Source of the DNA: Squalus acanthias
Taxonomy: Eukaryota
DNA: 64,000 nucleotides
Assembly: GCA_030390025.1 (NCBI GenBank)
Contig: CM059431.1
Location: 139,254,001-139,318,000 of the forward strand
Direction of reading: 5' to 3'
The notes below the pieces were generated by a model. It did no database searches and had not been told where the DNA came from. It worked only from the letters and a program-made list of their open reading frames with translations. Within the stretch, counting starts at the first letter, position 1; every line of letters starts with the position of its first letter. The translations under genes were made by a program, and so were the position numbers. Below, piece by piece: positions 1 through 12,799 of the stretch.

Positions 1-832
1 GCGTCTTTAAATTCAAAATCATAAGCGGGACATGTTCTGAGTCCATGTTCTTGAATAATATATTTATGAGTGACTTGGATGAAGGAATAGAGAGCTGAAT
101 CTCCAAGTTTGCAGATGACACTAAGTTAGGAGGGACATAAGTAGTGCAGATGGGAGCAGAAAGTTCCAAAGGAACATTGACAGATTAATTGAGTGGGCAA
201 AACTGTGCCAACAGAATTCAATGTGGGGTCATCGACTTTGGACCCAAAAAATAAATATCGTGTTATTGTCTAAATGGTTAGAAACTAGGAGCAAGCAGGT
301 TTGGGAGTCCAAGGAAACAAATCAATAAACGCTAGTAGACAGGCTCAGAAATAGTCAAAAGGACTCATGCACTGTTGGTCAATATCTCAAGGGGCTGAAA
401 TACAAAGGGGAAGAAGTTCTGCTTCAGTTGGATAGAAACTTGTTCATTCCCCATCTGCGTTTAGCTTTTGGCAACGCAACTCAAGAAGGATATCTTGGCC
501 TTGGAGGTGTGAAGAACAGATTCACTAGAATGATACCGGGGCGTAGACAGTTAATTTAGGAGAGCAGATTGAATAAACTTGGATTCTATGCCCACACGCA
601 AATAAGATTAAGGAGTGAACTGATGGAGGTGTTTAAAAGTGGATATCTGGTACACTGTCACCCAATTGACCTTATTAAGACTGTGGTCGACAGGGTGTTG
701 TTAGGTTATGGTACTTGGGATATGTATCAAAGGAGGGTGAATGTGGCTGAGGGACAGAGCAGCCATGATTTAATTGAATGGGGGGAAAGGCTAGATGGGC
801 TGAATGCTTTAGTCCTGATCGATGTTCCTATG
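1..832 (+). mobile_element. CR1 LINE 3' fragment, degraded
   Basis: Remnants of the RT motif [19 protein letters not shown] at ~70-135 and a CR1-type 3' end; many stops and indels. Confidence 0.85.
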
Positions 833-1253
833 AAATGCATTGACTAGTCAGGAGGCAAACCTCTGACCTGCAATTATAGCCACGGTGTTGTCGGGTAAGT
901 CCAGTTATGGTTCTAACCAGGTGGTAGTGGTGGGGGCGGGGGGCAGTTCCAACACTTTTAAGTCCTGCCCATTAGTTCTTGCCCTGGGACATATGTCAAC
1001 TTCTCCATCTAGTTTGGTATTAGGTGCAAATTTTACCAATTTGCAAACGGGCCAAACATTTATCCTGGGGAAACATCAATCACTCCTCCGCCCACTCTGA
1101 TTTAACTTCTATAATAGTTTGTAGTTGTATTTCAGCATTCGGCCACTTAGTTATCCATTTGACCATAGATAATATTCTGATAGCATCGTGTTCACTTTAA
1201 GTTTATTATTCGCATAACAGTATTAACCTGGGAGTAAATCTGCTGACGCAATC

Positions 1254-1333
1254 TGTTTGTTCAAATGACTGTAACTAATATCAATGATCAGGGGGCAGAG
1301 CTGTGCGGGTGGAGATTTAGCTCCCCTATTAAA
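1254..1333 (+). promoter_or_regulatory. Putative promoter of GPCR gene A: TGTTTGTTCAAATGACTGTAAC, CAGGGGGCAG and TATTAAA
   Basis: The motif at 1254-1275 recurs at a similar distance upstream of gene B. A TATA-like box at 1327-1333 lies ~85 nt before the ATG. Confidence 0.6.
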
Positions 1334-1416
1334 CTGACTTCATTCAATGTACTGCTCAGATTTTACACCGGGGGTTGTGCACTCGTCACGATAGAAACCG
1401 TCGTTTCTCAGAGAAG

Positions 1417-1483
1417 ATGGGAGTAGTACTTAATGAAATAACAACGATTTACTACCCTATTCTTGCTGCTGTCGGCGTTCCTG
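1417..1483 (+). CDS. GPR139-like GPCR gene A, exon 1 (MGVVLNEITTIYYPILAAVGVP)
   Basis: ATG at 1417, 22 codons plus 1 nt, then a GTAAG donor at 1484. Phase 1 joins exon 2 in frame (GVP-V-NFVAIV). Homologous to exon 1 of gene B. Confidence 0.85.
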
Positions 1484-1744
1484 GTAAGCGCTTATACACA
1501 GACAGTAATTGCATAAATCGTTGGTAACAGTGTTTCTGTTAGTGTTGCATGTCTGACAGAACCGCAGCTCTTCTTTCCAGCTCTGGTACACAGTTTGTGA
1601 CCTGTGTTGTCAGTTCACCCCTAAGATTCCCCGGTTAATTAACGTGGTGCTTTCTTCCAAACTACAATCTTAAACAAAATTGCCGTGTTATTCTCTCCAC
1701 TGAATATCGTTCAGTCTTTTGTCCAGATCATATACTGTATGAGA

Positions 1745-2310
1745 TAAGATTTTTAAAATATTTGTTCTTGGGATATGGGCAAGGCCACAATCATTGTTCA
1801 CCTCTAGTTTCTCTCAGAAGTTTGTGGTGGGCTTTCTCCAAGAACTATTGCCGTACTAATGATGATGCATCTCGCACGATGGCATTGGTTAAGAATTGCA
1901 GGATTCTGACTCAGCAGCGATGAAGAGCACGATATAGGTGAAAGGTATGATTGTGTGTGACTGAAGGGGGTGGTGTTTGCACAGCGCTAATGCTCTCATT
2001 ATTCATGCTAGTAGAGTGCGCGTAGGGAGAAGTGTTCTCGACACAATCTTGATGAGTTCTTGCAGTGAATTGTACAGATCACACGCACAGCAGACCCCGA
2101 ACGCCAGAGGGAGAGCGGGTGCATATTGAATCGATTTGAAGTGCACTGCCCAAGCGAACTTCTCTGTTCTAGGTTTAGTTGAGCTTTTGCGGTGTTGCTG
2201 TTGCTGAACCCATCCAGACGATCGTTGAGTGGCCCGTCACACTCCCGACTTGATGCTTTCAAATGGTGGAGAGGCGTTTAGGGGTCAGATGCAGCGCCAC
2301 TCGATGCATA
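1745..2310 (-). mobile_element. Degraded 3' fragment of the LINE family at 3775-6600
   Basis: Visible similarity to 3780-4150 (gattgtgtgtgact.gaagg...ggtggtgtt; cttgcagtg; ttgagc). Confidence 0.6.
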
Positions 2311-2534
2311 TTGGTGCTCATTACCTGTAAATAAAGAGGGTTTAGGTTTCTCGGTGATACACTGATCCTGGGCAAGAGATAACATCAATCCGTTTCACTT
2401 TTCAATTGAAACTCTTTGGAATAATTCAGTAGGGCATTATTTGCCTAATTCAGTAGAAAATTAATCGGCTAATTCAATGGAAAATTAATTGAAATCATTC
2501 AGTGAAGAATTAATCAGCATACATTTGAAAACTC

Positions 2535-3770
2535 ACATTATGCTGCCGGATGATAACACTGAGGTGCAGCATGTAGATGAGAAATAGGATGGGGCCAAGG
2601 GTAAATCCTTGAGGGACACCATGGGTAACAGTGCGGGATCGGGAAGAGAAGCCATTGCAGGAGATTCTATCTTTACGGCCGGAAAGATAGGATTGAAAGC
2701 AGGCGAGTAAAATCCCATCAAGCTGGACGACGGTGGAGAAGCGTTGGTGCAGAATTTTATGGCCAACCGTGTCACAGGCTGCAGACAGGTGCAGAAGGTC
2801 TATGGAGAGGAAAGAAAAGTTGGAGATGGGGCGAAAGTTTGCAAGAACGGAGACGTCAAGGGTTAATTCTTGAGGAGAGGAGTGATGACGGCAGATTTGA
2901 AGGAAAGGGGGACAGTACCTGAAGTGAGAGAACCGTTCACAATATCAGCTGACATGGGAGCCCAGAACGAAAGTTGGGTTGTCAGCAATTTAGTAGGGAT
3001 AGTGTCGAGAGAGCAGGAGATTGGCCTCATTTATAAAATAAGCTTTGCAAGGGCAAGAGGGGAAAGAGGAGAGAAGTTAGAGTAGAATGAAAATTTAGCG
3101 ATAGGGCAGGGGGAAAACGGAGAACATGTAAGATCCGGTGGGCTAGTGGAAGGGAGGGAATTGAAAGCAGAAGCAGTGGAATGGATGTTATCAATCTTTT
3201 TCACAAAGACGTCCAGGAGCTCCTCCCATTTGTCGTTGTCATTGAGGGAGGGGGAGTCAAGGGAGGGTGTATTGAGAAGACATTTAGTGTTGGACAAGAG
3301 AAGCCTGGTGTTATTTATGCCTCCCTAGATGATCTTGGGATAGTGGGTGGTTTTAGTGATGGAGAGTAGGACCTGTTAGTGCTTTATCTGATCTAGCCAA
3401 ATCTGGTGATGTAAGATTAGACCAGTTGTCCACCAAAGACGTTCAAGTTTGCGTCCCTTGGACGTAAGGGTGTGGAGATCAAGGTCATACCAGGGGGAAG
3501 GACTAGGGTGAGCGAGTGTAATGATTGTTGTGGGGACAAGGGCATCAAAGGTGGTGGAGAGGGTGTGATTTAGTAAGTCAGTAGCTGCAGAGAAGTCATG
3601 AAGAATAGTTGGCCAAAGGCTAGATAGTTGGGATTTAGAAAGAGCAGTGGTAAGGGTCTTGAGGCAGAGATTTTTTTTCCAGTGGTTATTGGAAAAGAAG
3701 TGCGGTTATGAGATGTAAGGGGAATAGGGGTAGAAATTGATAAAAGGAAATGGTCGGAGATTGCCTTATA
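2535..3770 (-). mobile_element. L2 LINE fragment, EN/RT region (3' part of a split copy)
   Basis: Minus-strand remnants KAISDHF.., PTKLLTTQL..PMSADIVNGSL and GVPQGFTLGP. Confidence 0.75.
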
Positions 3771-3774
3771 CTTC

Positions 3775-6600
3775 TAAGTCAGGATTGTGTGTGACTTGAA
3801 GGAGAACTTGGAGCAGGTGGTGTTCCCATGCGCCTGCTGCCATTGTCCTTTCAGGTGGTAGAGGTCGCGGGTTTGGGAGGTGCTACCGAAGAAGCCTTGG
3901 TGAGTTGCCGCAGTGCATCTTGTAGGTAGTACACACAGCAGCCACGGTATACAGGTGGTGCAGGGTGTGAAAGGTTAAGGTGGTGGATGGGGTGCCAATC
4001 TAACGGGCTGATTTTTCCTCAATGGTGTAGAGCTTCTTGAGTCTTGTTGGAGCTGCACTCATCCAGGCAAGTGGAGAGTATTTCATCACACTCCTTACTT
4101 GTGCCTTGTAGATGGTGGAAAGGTTTTAAGGAGTCAGGAGGTGAGACACTCGCCGCAGAATACCAAGCCTCTGACCTGTTCTGGTTGCCACAGTATTTAT
4201 GCGGCTGGTCCAGTTAAGCTTCTGGTCAATGCTGATCCCAGGATGTTGATGGTGGGGCATTCGGCGATGGTAATGCTGGTGAATGTCAAGTGGTGGTGGT
4301 TAGAATCTCGCTTGTTGGGGTAGTCATTGCCTGACATTTGTGTAGCGTGAATGTTACTTGCCAATTAACAGCCCAAGTCTGAGCGCCCTCCAGCTCTTGT
4401 TGCATGCAGGCATGGACTGCTTCATTTTCTGAGGAGTTGTGAATGGCGCTGAACACAGTGGAGTTACCAGCGAACATCAGCATTTCTGAATTTATGCTGC
4501 AGGGAAGGTCATTGATGAAGCAGCTGAAGATTGTTGAGCCGAGGACACGGCCCTGAGGAACTCCTGCAGCGATGTCCTGCGGCTGTGATGATTGATCTTC
4601 AACGACCACAGCCATATTCCTTGGTGCTAGGTATGACTCCAGCCAGTGTTGAGTTTTCCCCCCGATTTCCATTGACTTCAGTTTTACTAGGGATCCTTGA
4701 TGCCAGACTCAGACAAATTATGCCTTGACGTCAAGGGCAGTCACTCTCACCTCACCTCTGGAATTCAGCTCCTTTGTCCATGTTTAGACCAAAGCTGTAA
4801 TGAGGTTGGGAGCCGAGTGGCGCTGGCGGAACCCAAACTGGACATCAGTGAGCAAGTTATTGGTGAGTAAGTGCCGCTTGATAGCACTGTCGCCGACACC
4901 TTCCATCACTTTGCTGTTGGCTGTGAATAGACTGATTGGGAGGTATTTGGCCGGTTTGGATTTGTCCTGCTTTTTGTGGACAGGACATACCAGGGCAGCT
5001 TTCCACATTGTCGGATAGATGCCAGTATTGTAGCTGTAGAGGAACAACTTGGCTACAGGCGTGGCTATTTCTGGAGCACAAGTCTTCAACACGACAGCAG
5101 GGAAGTTGTCGGGGCTCATAGACATTGCTGTATCCAGTGCGCTCAGCCGTTTCTTGATATCACGTGGAGGGAATCGAAATGTTGGAAGACTGTCTTCTGT
5201 GATGGTGGGTCCTCAGGAGGATTCCGATATGAATCAACCACTCGGCACTTCAGGCTGAAGATTTTTGCAAACGCTTCAGCCTTGTTTTCTGCACTCGTGT
5301 ACTGGGCTACAACATCATTGAGGATGGAGATATTCATGAAGCCTCCTCCTCCTGTTATTTGTTAAATGGTGCACCACCATTCACGACTGGATGTGGCAGG
5401 ACTGCGGTGCTTTGATCTAATCCGTTGGATGTTGGATCACTTAGCTCTATCTTTAGCATGTTGCTTCCGCTTTTTGGCATGTATGTAGTCCTGTGTTCCA
5501 GCTTCCCCAGGTTGCCACTTAATTTTAGGTAAGCCTGGTGCTGCTCCTGGCATGCTCTTCTTCACTTCTTATTGAAACAGTGTCGGTCCCCTGGCTTGAT
5601 GGTAATGGTAGAGTGAGGTATTTCCGGGTCATGTGGTTACAGATTGTGGTGGAATACAATTCTGCTGCTGCTGAAGACACACAACGCCTCATCGATGGCC
5701 AGTTCTGAGCTGTTATATATCTTCTGAAACTATCCGATTTAATACGGTGGTAGTGCCACACAACACGTTGGAGCGTGTCCTCAGTGCGAAGACGGGCCTT
5801 CGTCTCCACAATGATTGTGCGCAGGTTACTGCTACCAATACTGTCATGGACAGATGCATCTGCGACAGGTTTATTGGTGAGGACGAGGTCGAGTAGTTTT
5901 TTCCACCGTATTGGTTCTCTCACCAACTGTCGCAGGCCCAGATTGGAAGCTATGCCCTTCAGGACTCGGCCAGCTCGGTCAGTAGTGGTGCTACTGAGCC
6001 ACTCTTGTTGATGGACATTGAAGTCCACCCACCCAGAGTACATTAAGTGCCCTTGCTATTCTCACTGCTTCTTCCAAGTGATGTACTACACGGAGGACCA
6101 CTTATTCATCAGCTCAGGGAGGGAGCTAGGTGGTAATCAGCAGGAGGTTTCCATGCCCATGCTTGACCTGAAGCCATGAGAATTCATGAGGTCCGGAGTC
6201 AATGCTGAGGACTCCCAGGGCCAGTCCTTCACAACTGTATATCACTGTGCCGCCACCCCTGGTAGGTCTGTCCTGCCGGTGGGAGAGGACATACCCAATG
6301 ATGGTGATGGCGGAGTTTGGGACATTCCCTGAAAGGTATGATTCTGTGATTATTATTATGTCAGGCTGTCGCTTGATCAGTCTGTGGGACAGCTCTCCAA
6401 ATTTTCGAACAAGTCCCCAGATGTTGGTGAGGAGAACTTTGCAGGATAGACTGGTCTGTGTATGCCGTTGCCGTGTCCGTAGCCGGTGCCAAGGTCGATA
6501 CCGGGTGGTCGGTTCAGTTTTATTCTTATTATTGTGTTTCGTCGCGCTTTGTTACAATGGAGTGGCTTGCTGGGCCATTTCAGAGGGCATTAAGAGTCAA
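3775..6600 (-). mobile_element. Jockey/CR1-group LINE, nearly complete degraded ORF2 (APE endonuclease + RT), nested in L2
   Basis: ORFs with DFNVHQQEWL..LDLVLTN, PAVVLKTCAPE..YLPISL..QFGFR and GVPQGRVLG..FINDLP. Confidence 0.88.
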
Positions 6601-6601
6601 C

Positions 6602-7065
6602 TATGTTGACATGAAGGGAGAGATTAATTGAGAAAAGAAGGGCCGTGAACTCAAAGGAGGAAGAGCAAGATGAGTTGAGCTGAAGTTTGTAATCTTCGAG
6701 GATGAGAAGTCGCTCGATGGAGAGTCAGACGGAAGAAAGCAAAGCGGATATCTGATTGAGAAAATTGGCTTGTTATTTGGTTGTGCGGTACACAATAAGA
6801 ATTTTAAAAGAGAGACTTGAGGGGTGGACCAAGTTGAGATGCTCGAAGGAGCAGTAGTTGCTGGAGGAGTAGGGAGACACTCCAAGGTGTGATTTAGATA
6901 TAAGGGCTAGACCACCACCGCGGCGGTTTGGGCGTGGAATAGAGTGGATGTTATAGCGCGGTGGGGAATCATCATACAGGGGGAAGGTGTCATCACCCCT
7001 CTACCATGTGTCTGTCAATTCCATGATGTGAGTTTGATCGTCCACAACAAGGCCATTGGTGGCAA
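6602..7065 (-). mobile_element. L2 LINE endonuclease fragment (5' part of the split copy)
   Basis: Minus-strand translation IMELTDTW*RGDDTFPL..PRPNRRGGGLALI is an APE-type endonuclease N-terminus. Confidence 0.75.
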
Positions 7066-7935
7066 GGGAAGTGTGAAGTGATACATTTAGACAGGAAGAA
7101 GGAGTAGAGGCAATAAGGGAAGTGTGAAGTGATACATTTAGACAGGAAGAAGGAGCAGAGGCAATAAGGGAAGTGTGAAGTGATACATTTAGACAAGGAG
7201 AAGGAGTAGAGGCAATAACTAAATGGTACAATTTTAAAGCAGCTGCATGAACCTGGGTTGTGTTTACACAAACCTCGGGAGGTGGCGGGACAATCTGAGA
7301 AGCCTGCTAAAATGCACATTGCGTCCATGGCATTATTAATTGAGGAACAGAGTACAAAAGCAAAGAAGACATGTTAAACCTTTGTAAAGAACTAGTTAGG
7401 CCTCGGCTGGAGTATGATGTTCAGTTGTTGGCACCACCCTTACGTTAGGAAGGATGTCATGGTCTTGGAGAGGGTGCAGAAGAGATTTACTGGAATGCTA
7501 ACAGGGATGAGGCACTTCAGTTATGTGGAGAGACTGAAGAAGATGTTTTTTTCTCCTTATAGCTGATACGGTTAAGAGGAGATTTGACAGTGCTGTTAAC
7601 AATCATGATTGATTTTGACAGAGCAAAGAAGGAGAAATTGTTTACTGTGTCCGAAGTGTTGTTAAGCAGGGCACAGATTTAAGGTGATTGTCCAAAGAAG
7701 CAGAGGCGACTTGAAGAAACATTGCTTTTTACACAGCAAGTTGAAGCCGGAAAGGGAGGTGGAAGCAGATTCAATCTTAGCATAAATACTTGACGGGAAA
7801 ACATTGGCAAGGCTATGGGGAAAGAACTTCGGATTTTGATTAATTGCATAACTCTGTCAAAGAGCCAGCACAGACACGATGGTCCGAATGGCCTAATTCT
7901 GTGCTGTATCATTCCATGATTCTATGATTCTATCT
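7064..7935 (+). mobile_element. CR1 3' fragment whose 5' end is a 3 x 51-bp tandem repeat
   Basis: Units at 7064, 7115 and 7166 encode KCEVIHLDRK. CR1 tail ATTCCATGATTCTATGATTCTAT. Confidence 0.85.
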
Positions 7936-8039
7936 ACACTACTTACATTCCTAACTACTTTTGTGTTATCGAATAACTTGGATTTATAAGACAACATAAT
8001 ATTTGTTGTTGAATTTAATGAATAATCATTTGACAGCTA

Positions 8040-9400
8040 TACGAATGTACGGACATACGAACAATGACGGATAGGTAGAGATCTCTAGCCCGTCCAGCAT
8101 CTACTACACAATATATACACCCTTCATCTCAACCGAAACCATCTGATCTCCTGGGAGAGGTGGAAACCAGGTAAAAATCTAGGCCAGTTTGGGGGAAAAT
8201 TGGGGAAATTTCCATCAGACTAATCTTGGCGATCGAAATTAGTCCGGGAGATCACTCTGGTCCTGAATTAGCCGAAGTACCTTCCTTTGGTAAGAGATAA
8301 TGTCCGCCCCAGCCAGAAACCGTTCAGCTCTCGCTTGAAGGACTTTGGCTAATCAGCGTCCACCGCACTTGACGGCATCCTGTTCCAGTTGTCCACTATT
8401 CTCTGGGAAAAGAATCACCTCCTGACATCTAACCTAGAACTGGCCTTACACAACTTTGAAATTGTGACCTATGGTTCTACCTAATCTATTGAATTGGAAC
8501 AAACTGTCAACTGCATCACAATATATTCCCTTCATTATCTTATATACCTCAATCGGATCACCTCTATTTGTACGCTGCGCTAATGTGTAGAGTCCCAACT
8601 CTTTTGCCTATCTTGATAACTAAAATGCTTTATACTGGGAATTAATCTAATGGCCCTCCACCCTTTGCACCCTTTCCAAGGCCTAATTATCATCCACTAT
8701 GATAGGAGACCAAAAGTGGGCTGTGAATTCCAAGTGATGCAGGACCATAGTCTGGTACAAGGACAAAATAGTATGCTTCATCTTATGTACAATTGTCCCA
8801 TCAAAGAACCCCAACACCATATTCGCTCTAGCTGTTGCTTCACGGCATTGCTCATGTAGCTTTAGAGATATAAGCATTAGAATGCCCAGATCATTTTCTT
8901 TCTCTGGATTCTTTAATGTTTTTCCCTAAGGGTGTATGAATGTTGAGCATCCGTCCTGCCCACATGCACTTTTCCAAATTAACATCACTTGTCAGTCAGG
9001 AACCCATCTCCCAACACAAGATCCACCTGAAGCAGTTGAGCATCGTCTACAGTCCTAACACTCGCACCGATCTTAGTAACAATTGTAAAATTGCAGGTCA
9101 TGGCCCCAGCACCTACATCTAGATCACTATTAAAAGTAGTAAAACGCAATGTCCCAACACCAATCCCTACGGGACACTACTGATGACTGGTCTCCAAACA
9201 GGTCCAAATCCACCTATAACTACTTTTTGCCTACATCCTTCTAGCCAGTTCTCAATCCAGCTCAATATATTGCCAGCAATACCACAGCTTCCAATATTGT
9301 AGAGTAGCCTCTTGTGCAATAACTTATCAAATGTTTTTTTAGAAGTCTAACTATACAATATTTACTGGGATTCCCTCATCCACCATCTTGGTGACTTCGT
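8040..9400 (-). mobile_element. CR1 LINE 3' portion, degraded
   Basis: Minus-strand QCREATARANMVLG..LEFTAHFWSP and a GVP-GLVLG remnant. Confidence 0.75.
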
Positions 9401-9559
9401 CAGCATCAACTGATTTCAATCAATTAATAATTTATTGACGTAATATGATAATTAAATAACTGATAACTGAATTACAATGAATACATTAACTGAACAAATT
9501 TCTTGACTCAATAGGGTGCTGAAAAAGACAAAACAAATTATGAAAATATTTGATGTCCA

Positions 9560-11570
9560 GTCCCACCTGCTCCTTCCGTAGCCCGCATTGAAACATGAAC
9601 TTGCCCAGTCCCCATTGTGCCTACACGCTGCCCAGTCTCAATTTCACATTCGCTCGACACAGTCCCTAATGCCCTGGCCAATCCTCATTGTACCTCCTTC
9701 CTCCTCAGTCTCCATTGCTCCTTAACCCTGCCCATCCCATATTGTAACATAAGCCAAACCAATCCGCTTTGCAGCTTCACCCTGCAGTGTCAGCATTGCA
9801 CATTAAACCGATCATTCATCATTGTACCTTCACCCTGCACAGTCACTATTGTACCTTCAACTTGTGCTGTCCCCATTGTACCGTGACCCTGCTCTGTCCC
9901 CATTAAACATAATTCTGCACTTTCCCCATTGCACCTTCAACCTGCTCAGTGTGCATTGCACATTGACGCCTGCCAGCCCCCATTGCACATTTACCCCACT
10001 CAGTCTCCATTGCACATTTACCCCGCTTAGACTCCACTGCACATTCACACACTCGAAGCCTCCATTATACATTTATTCCGCTCAGTCTCCATTGCCCATT
10101 CACGCCATCCTGTCTCCCTTGCACATTCTCCTCGCCCAGTATCCATTGCACATTCACTCGCTCCCATCCTCCATTGTACATTCACCCAATCGCACCCCCA
10201 TTGCACATTTTCCTCGCCCAGTCTCCATTGCACATTCGACCCGCCCAGTCTCAATTGAATATTTTCTCTGCCGAGTCTCCATCGCCCATTCATTCCGCCC
10301 AGTCTCCATTGCAAATTCTCCTCGCCCAGTATCCGTTGTACATTCACACAATCGCACCCCCATTGCACATTCTCCTCGCCTAGTATCCATTGTACATTCA
10401 CCCAATCGCAGCCCCATTGCACATTCTCCTCGCCCAGTATCCATTGTACATTCACCCAATCGCAGCACACATTGTACATTCTCCTCGCCCAGTATCCGTT
10501 GTACATTTACCCAATCGCAGCCCACATTGCGCATTCTCCTCGCCCAGTATCCATTGTACATTCACCCAATCGCAGCACACATTGTACATTCTCCTCGCCC
10601 AATATCCATTGTACATTCACCCAATCGCAGCCCACATTGTACATTCTCCTCGCCCAGTATCTATTGTACATTCACCCAATCGCTGCCCCATTGCACATTC
10701 TCCCCGCCCAGTCTCCATTGACCATTTACCCAATCGCAGCCCCATTGCACATTCTCCCCGCCCAGTAGCCATAGTACATTCACCCAATCGCAGCCCCATT
10801 GCAAATTCTCCCCGCCCAGTATCCGCTGCACATTCTCCCCGTTCAGTCTCCATTGCACATTCTCCCTGCCAGTCTCCATTGCTCATTCTCCCCGCCCAGT
10901 CTCCATTGCACATTCACCCCGCCCAGTCTCCATTGCTCATTCACCCCGCCCAGTCTCCATTACACATTGACACTGCCCAGTCTCCATTGCCCATTCTCCC
11001 TGCCCAGTCTCCATTGCTCATTCACCCCGCCCAGTCTCCATTGCTCATTCACCCCGCCCAGTCTCCATTACACATTGACACTGCCCAGTCTCCATTGCCG
11101 ATTCTCCCTCTCCAGTCTCCATTGCACTTTCACCCCGCCCAGTCTCCATTGCCCATTCTCCCCTTCCAGTCTCCATTGCCCATTCTCCCCTTCCAGTCTC
11201 CATTGCTCATTCACCCCTTCCAGTCTCCATTGCTCATTCACCCCGCCCTGTCTCCATTGCCCATTCACCCCGCCCAGTCTCCATTGCCCATTCATCCCTT
11301 CCAGTCTCCATTGCTCATTCACCCCGCCCAGTCTCCATTGCCCATTCACCCTGCCCAGTCGCCATTGCTCATTCTCCCCGCGCAGTCTCCATTGCCCAGT
11401 CTCCATTGCACATTCTCACCTTCCAGTCTCCATTGCACATTCACCCCGCCCAGTCTCCATTGCCCATTCTCCACGCCCAGTCTCCATTGCACATTTACCC
11501 CGCCCAGTCTCCATTGCTCATTCACCCCGCCCAGTCTCCATTACACATTCGCCCTTCCCAGTCTCCTTGC
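9560..11570. repeat. 27-bp C-rich minisatellite (GCCCAGTCTCCATTGCTCATTCACCCC) with a 54-bp dimer in its middle
   Basis: 9-aa (PAQSPLLIH) and 18-aa (HSPRPVSIVHSPNRSPIA) periodicity in the ORF track. Lies in the intron of gene A. Confidence 0.92.
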
Positions 11571-11911
11571 TCTGACTCAGACTTTATCCATTTTGGTCCA
11601 GATTATGTGTTTAGCTCTGGTCGCTGTGCCAGTGCACGTTTCTTCTCTTAAATCAACGCTTCATCTTTACTGACCAGATTGACTTGTTTTTTCTTGCTCC
11701 AGGGTGGCTGGTGCTTTGTTAGTTTCATCAATACTACTGTCATTGAATTTATTATTGCCTTTCATTATTATTATAAACGCTTGTCTACATCCAGCAAAGG
11801 AATTCACTTCAATCGATGCAACAACAATCCAGAAATTTCATTCAAAATCCTTTCGAACGAATGTTGTTTGACAGTCTGGTGAAATATTTATAGTCTTTTT
11901 CTCTATTACAG

Positions 11912-12799
11912 TTAACTTTGTTGCGATTGTGGTCCTGTCCCGAGGAAATTGCGGTCTCTCGAAATGTGTGACTCTCTACCTGGTGGCCATGGCAGCGGCG
12001 GACCTCCTGGTTGTTGTCACCGATGTCATATTAAGGTGCATTGCTGATATTTATTTCCCTGTTTCATTCTTGACCATTAACCTCGTGTGCCGTCTCAACG
12101 CTGTCCTGATGTTTGCAGCCACAGAAACTTCAGTCTGGTTCACGGTGGTTTTCACCTTCGATCGATTTGTGGCCATTTGTTGTCAGAAGCTGAGAGCTAA
12201 ATATTGCACCGAAAAAACGGCGGCTATTGTTATCGCGGTGGTGAGTGTGCTGAGCTGTTTGCAAAGCATTCCCTGGTACTTTGTATCTGACCCTGAGTTT
12301 ATAATGGACAATGTACCCCGGGGTTGTGTCATGAAACCCACCTTTTTTTACTGCACCTGCGTGGGGAGCATTTGAAATACTTCACCTTGTTTTAACCCCT
12401 TTTATACCATTTATTCTGATTTTCCTGTTCAATGCTCTCACCGCCAGGCATATTTTGGCGGCCAGTAGGGTCCGCAAGGGAATCCGGGGCCGCAGCAATG
12501 GAGAGAATCACAAGGATCCAGAGATACAGAACCGAAAGAAATCCATCATTTTACTCTTCAGTATATCGGGCACTTTCATACTCTTATGGAGCACAGAAGT
12601 TGTATATTTTATCTCCCTGCATGTCACAAACGCCCAGTTCTATACAGCCAGTGTCCTTGAATCAGCCGGAATCATGCTTCAGCTGCTGAGTACCTGCACC
12701 AACGCGTGTATTTATGGCGTGACACAGAGTAAGTTCAGAGAGGAGCTGAAGAACGCAGCGAAATACTCCCTGAATCTGGTTTCTAAATTATTTCAATAA
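11912..12799 (+). CDS. GPR139-like GPCR gene A, exon 2 (TM1-TM7), with a +1 frameshift at T7 12343-12349 (pseudogene or assembly indel)
   Basis: Acceptor ctttttctctattacag|TT. Motifs NFVAIVVLSRGNCGLSKC, AMAAADLL, FTFDRFVAIC and CTNACIY. Removing one T gives ..TFFTAPAWGAFEILHLVLTPFIPF.., a 317-aa protein in total. AATAAA at 12955. Confidence 0.9.

Noticed and set aside
9822..11673. Long ORFs (299, 427 and 258 aa) rich in Pro/His/Ser
   Set aside because: Open in several frames because the 27-bp repeat lacks stops; intronic to gene A.
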